NCBI GenBank assembly: GCA_965216755.1
Contig: CBDCGL010000011.1
Location: forward strand, 896,001-960,000
From: Alphaproteobacteria bacterium
GTDB lineage: Bacteria > Pseudomonadota > Alphaproteobacteria > UBA7887
Length of the DNA: 64,000 nt
Direction: 5' to 3'
This document shows positions 62,890 to 64,000 of the stretch, in pieces; the first letter of the stretch is position 1, and every line of letters starts with the position of its first letter. The translations under genes and the position numbers were made by a program. The notes beneath the pieces were generated by a model. That model was not told where the DNA came from, did no database searches, and saw only the letters and a list, made by a program, of their open reading frames with translations.

Positions 62890-63818
62890 TGGCGGCACAT
62901 GCGTCAAAACGGGTGATCTATGCCGCGTTGGCCGGCAATTCCCTGATCGCGGTCACAAAATTCGCTGCTGCGGCAATCACCGGTAGCTCGGCGATGCTCA
63001 GCGAGGCGATTCACTCCGTGGTTGATACAGGGAATCAAGGCCTGTTGCTGTTCGGGATGCGCCAAGCACGCCGCCCCGCCGACGAAATGCATCCATTCGG
63101 ATATGGCAAAGAGCTCTATTTTTGGACCTTTGTGGTCGCGATTTTGATTTTCGCCCTTGGCGCCGGCATTTCCATATATCAGGGGATCGACAAGGTCCTG
63201 CATCCCCACGCACTCACGCACGTCTACATTAACTACGTGGTTCTGGGATTGGCGATCATCTTCGAAGCTGGCGCCTGGTGGATCGCATTCAAAGAGTTTC
63301 GTCGGTCGGCCGGCCGTCGGGGCTTTGTCGCCGCCATTCGAGACAGCAAGGACCCAACAGTGTTCACCGTACTATTCGAAGACAGTGCGGCGATGCTGTC
63401 TTTGATCGTGGCGATCATCGGCATAGCGGCCTCGGACCTGTTAGGTATTCCGATCCTGGACGGCGTCGCGTCGATCATCATCGGGTTAATTCTGGGCCTA
63501 ACCGCCGTCGTCCTGGCCTATGAGTGCAAGGGCTTACTTATTGGCGAAGGCGCCAGCCCAGCAGTCATTGCTGGCATCCGCCAAATCGTCATCGCGCGCC
63601 CGGAGATCAATCGAATCAATGAGATCCTGACCATGCATATGTCGCCCGCGGACATCCTCTTGAACGTCAGCGTTGATTTTCACAACAAATTCAATGCCGG
63701 ACAGATCGAAACCACTGTGACCGAACTAGAAGACGCCATAAAACGCAAATTTCCCGAAATCAAACGGATTTTCATCGAGATTCAAAGCTGGCGTGCGCAC
63801 CGCCGGAATGTTACCTGA
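62889..63818 (+). CDS. Cation diffusion facilitator family transporter
   Basis: SSAMLSEAIHSVVDTGNQ, HPFGYGKE, FEDSAA, DGVAS, LLIGE. TGATG overlap with msrB. Confidence 0.92.
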   Translation: MAAHASKRVIYAALAGNSLIAVTKFAAAAITGSSAMLSEAIHSVVDTGNQGLLLFGMRQARRPADEMHPFGYGKELYFWTFVVAILIFALGAGISIYQGIDKVLHPHALTHVYINYVVLGLAIIFEAGAWWIAFKEFRRSAGRRGFVAAIRDSKDPTVFTVLFEDSAAMLSLIVAIIGIAASDLLGIPILDGVASIIIGLILGLTAVVLAYECKGLLIGEGASPAVIAGIRQIVIARPEINRINEILTMHMSPADILLNVSVDFHNKFNAGQIETTVTELEDAIKRKFPEIKRIFIEIQSWRAHRRNVT

Positions 63819-63845
63819 ATGTGAGGGCATCAAGGTCGCCACAAA

Positions 63846-63871
63846 GAAAGGCGGCGCGGTGGCCGCCTTTC
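63846..63871. terminator. Hairpin terminator, likely bidirectional
   Basis: GAAAGGCGGC-GCGGTG-GCCGCCTTTC. U-rich tail on the minus strand (CTTTCTTTGT). Confidence 0.65.
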
Positions 63872-64000
63872 CGTGATTTTGGGCCGAAATTGTAGCCCTG
63901 ATCCTAAGATCGTAAGCGTTAGCGCAGGCCGAAGAGGCTGCTCCCCTGTCTGCGACCGCCGCCTAAAGTCACAAGATCGGCTCCGATATCACTGGACATT

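Noticed and set aside
63872-64000. Hairpin-rich tail at the window end as a possible ncRNA
   Set aside because: It is truncated by the window edge and is more simply the 3' region of an incoming minus-strand gene; it cannot be supported here.

Overview
This is a GC-rich alphaproteobacterial chromosome segment, roughly 60% GC by spot counts; gene order and protein style suggest Rhodospirillales-like (inference). Most of it is conserved core genome: comEC, gltX and gltA; the rpsB-tsf-pyrH-frr-uppS-cdsA-dxr-rseP-bamA-skp-lpxD-fabZ-lpxA-lpxI cluster (no lpxB) followed by gloA; dnaE; lolC/E-lolD; proS; and an uninterrupted nuoA-N operon continuing into birA, coaX, rnj, mce and a DUF1467 gene, preceded by tRNA-Asp. 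Accessory genes sit between gltX and gltA, between dnaE and lolD (about 25-30.7 kb), and beyond tRNA-Asp (53.6-64 kb, a catabolic/redox cluster). The most notable non-core signals are: (1) an 89-bp near-perfect direct repeat (27769-27857 and 29663-29751) that duplicates the 3' end of a small secreted-protein gene, a CUCCUCCC anti-SD motif and a terminator, and brackets a lower-GC two-gene islet, with two CRP-type boxes upstream; (2) a structured intergenic RNA candidate near proS (about 34690-34885) with an exposed GGGAGGA loop; (3) lpxB missing from its usual position; and (4) an LLM monooxygenase / His-Asp crotonase / GST / divergent CinA operon. No CRISPR array, rRNA, transposase or integrase was seen. 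All calls come from reading the sequence; no database searches were run.
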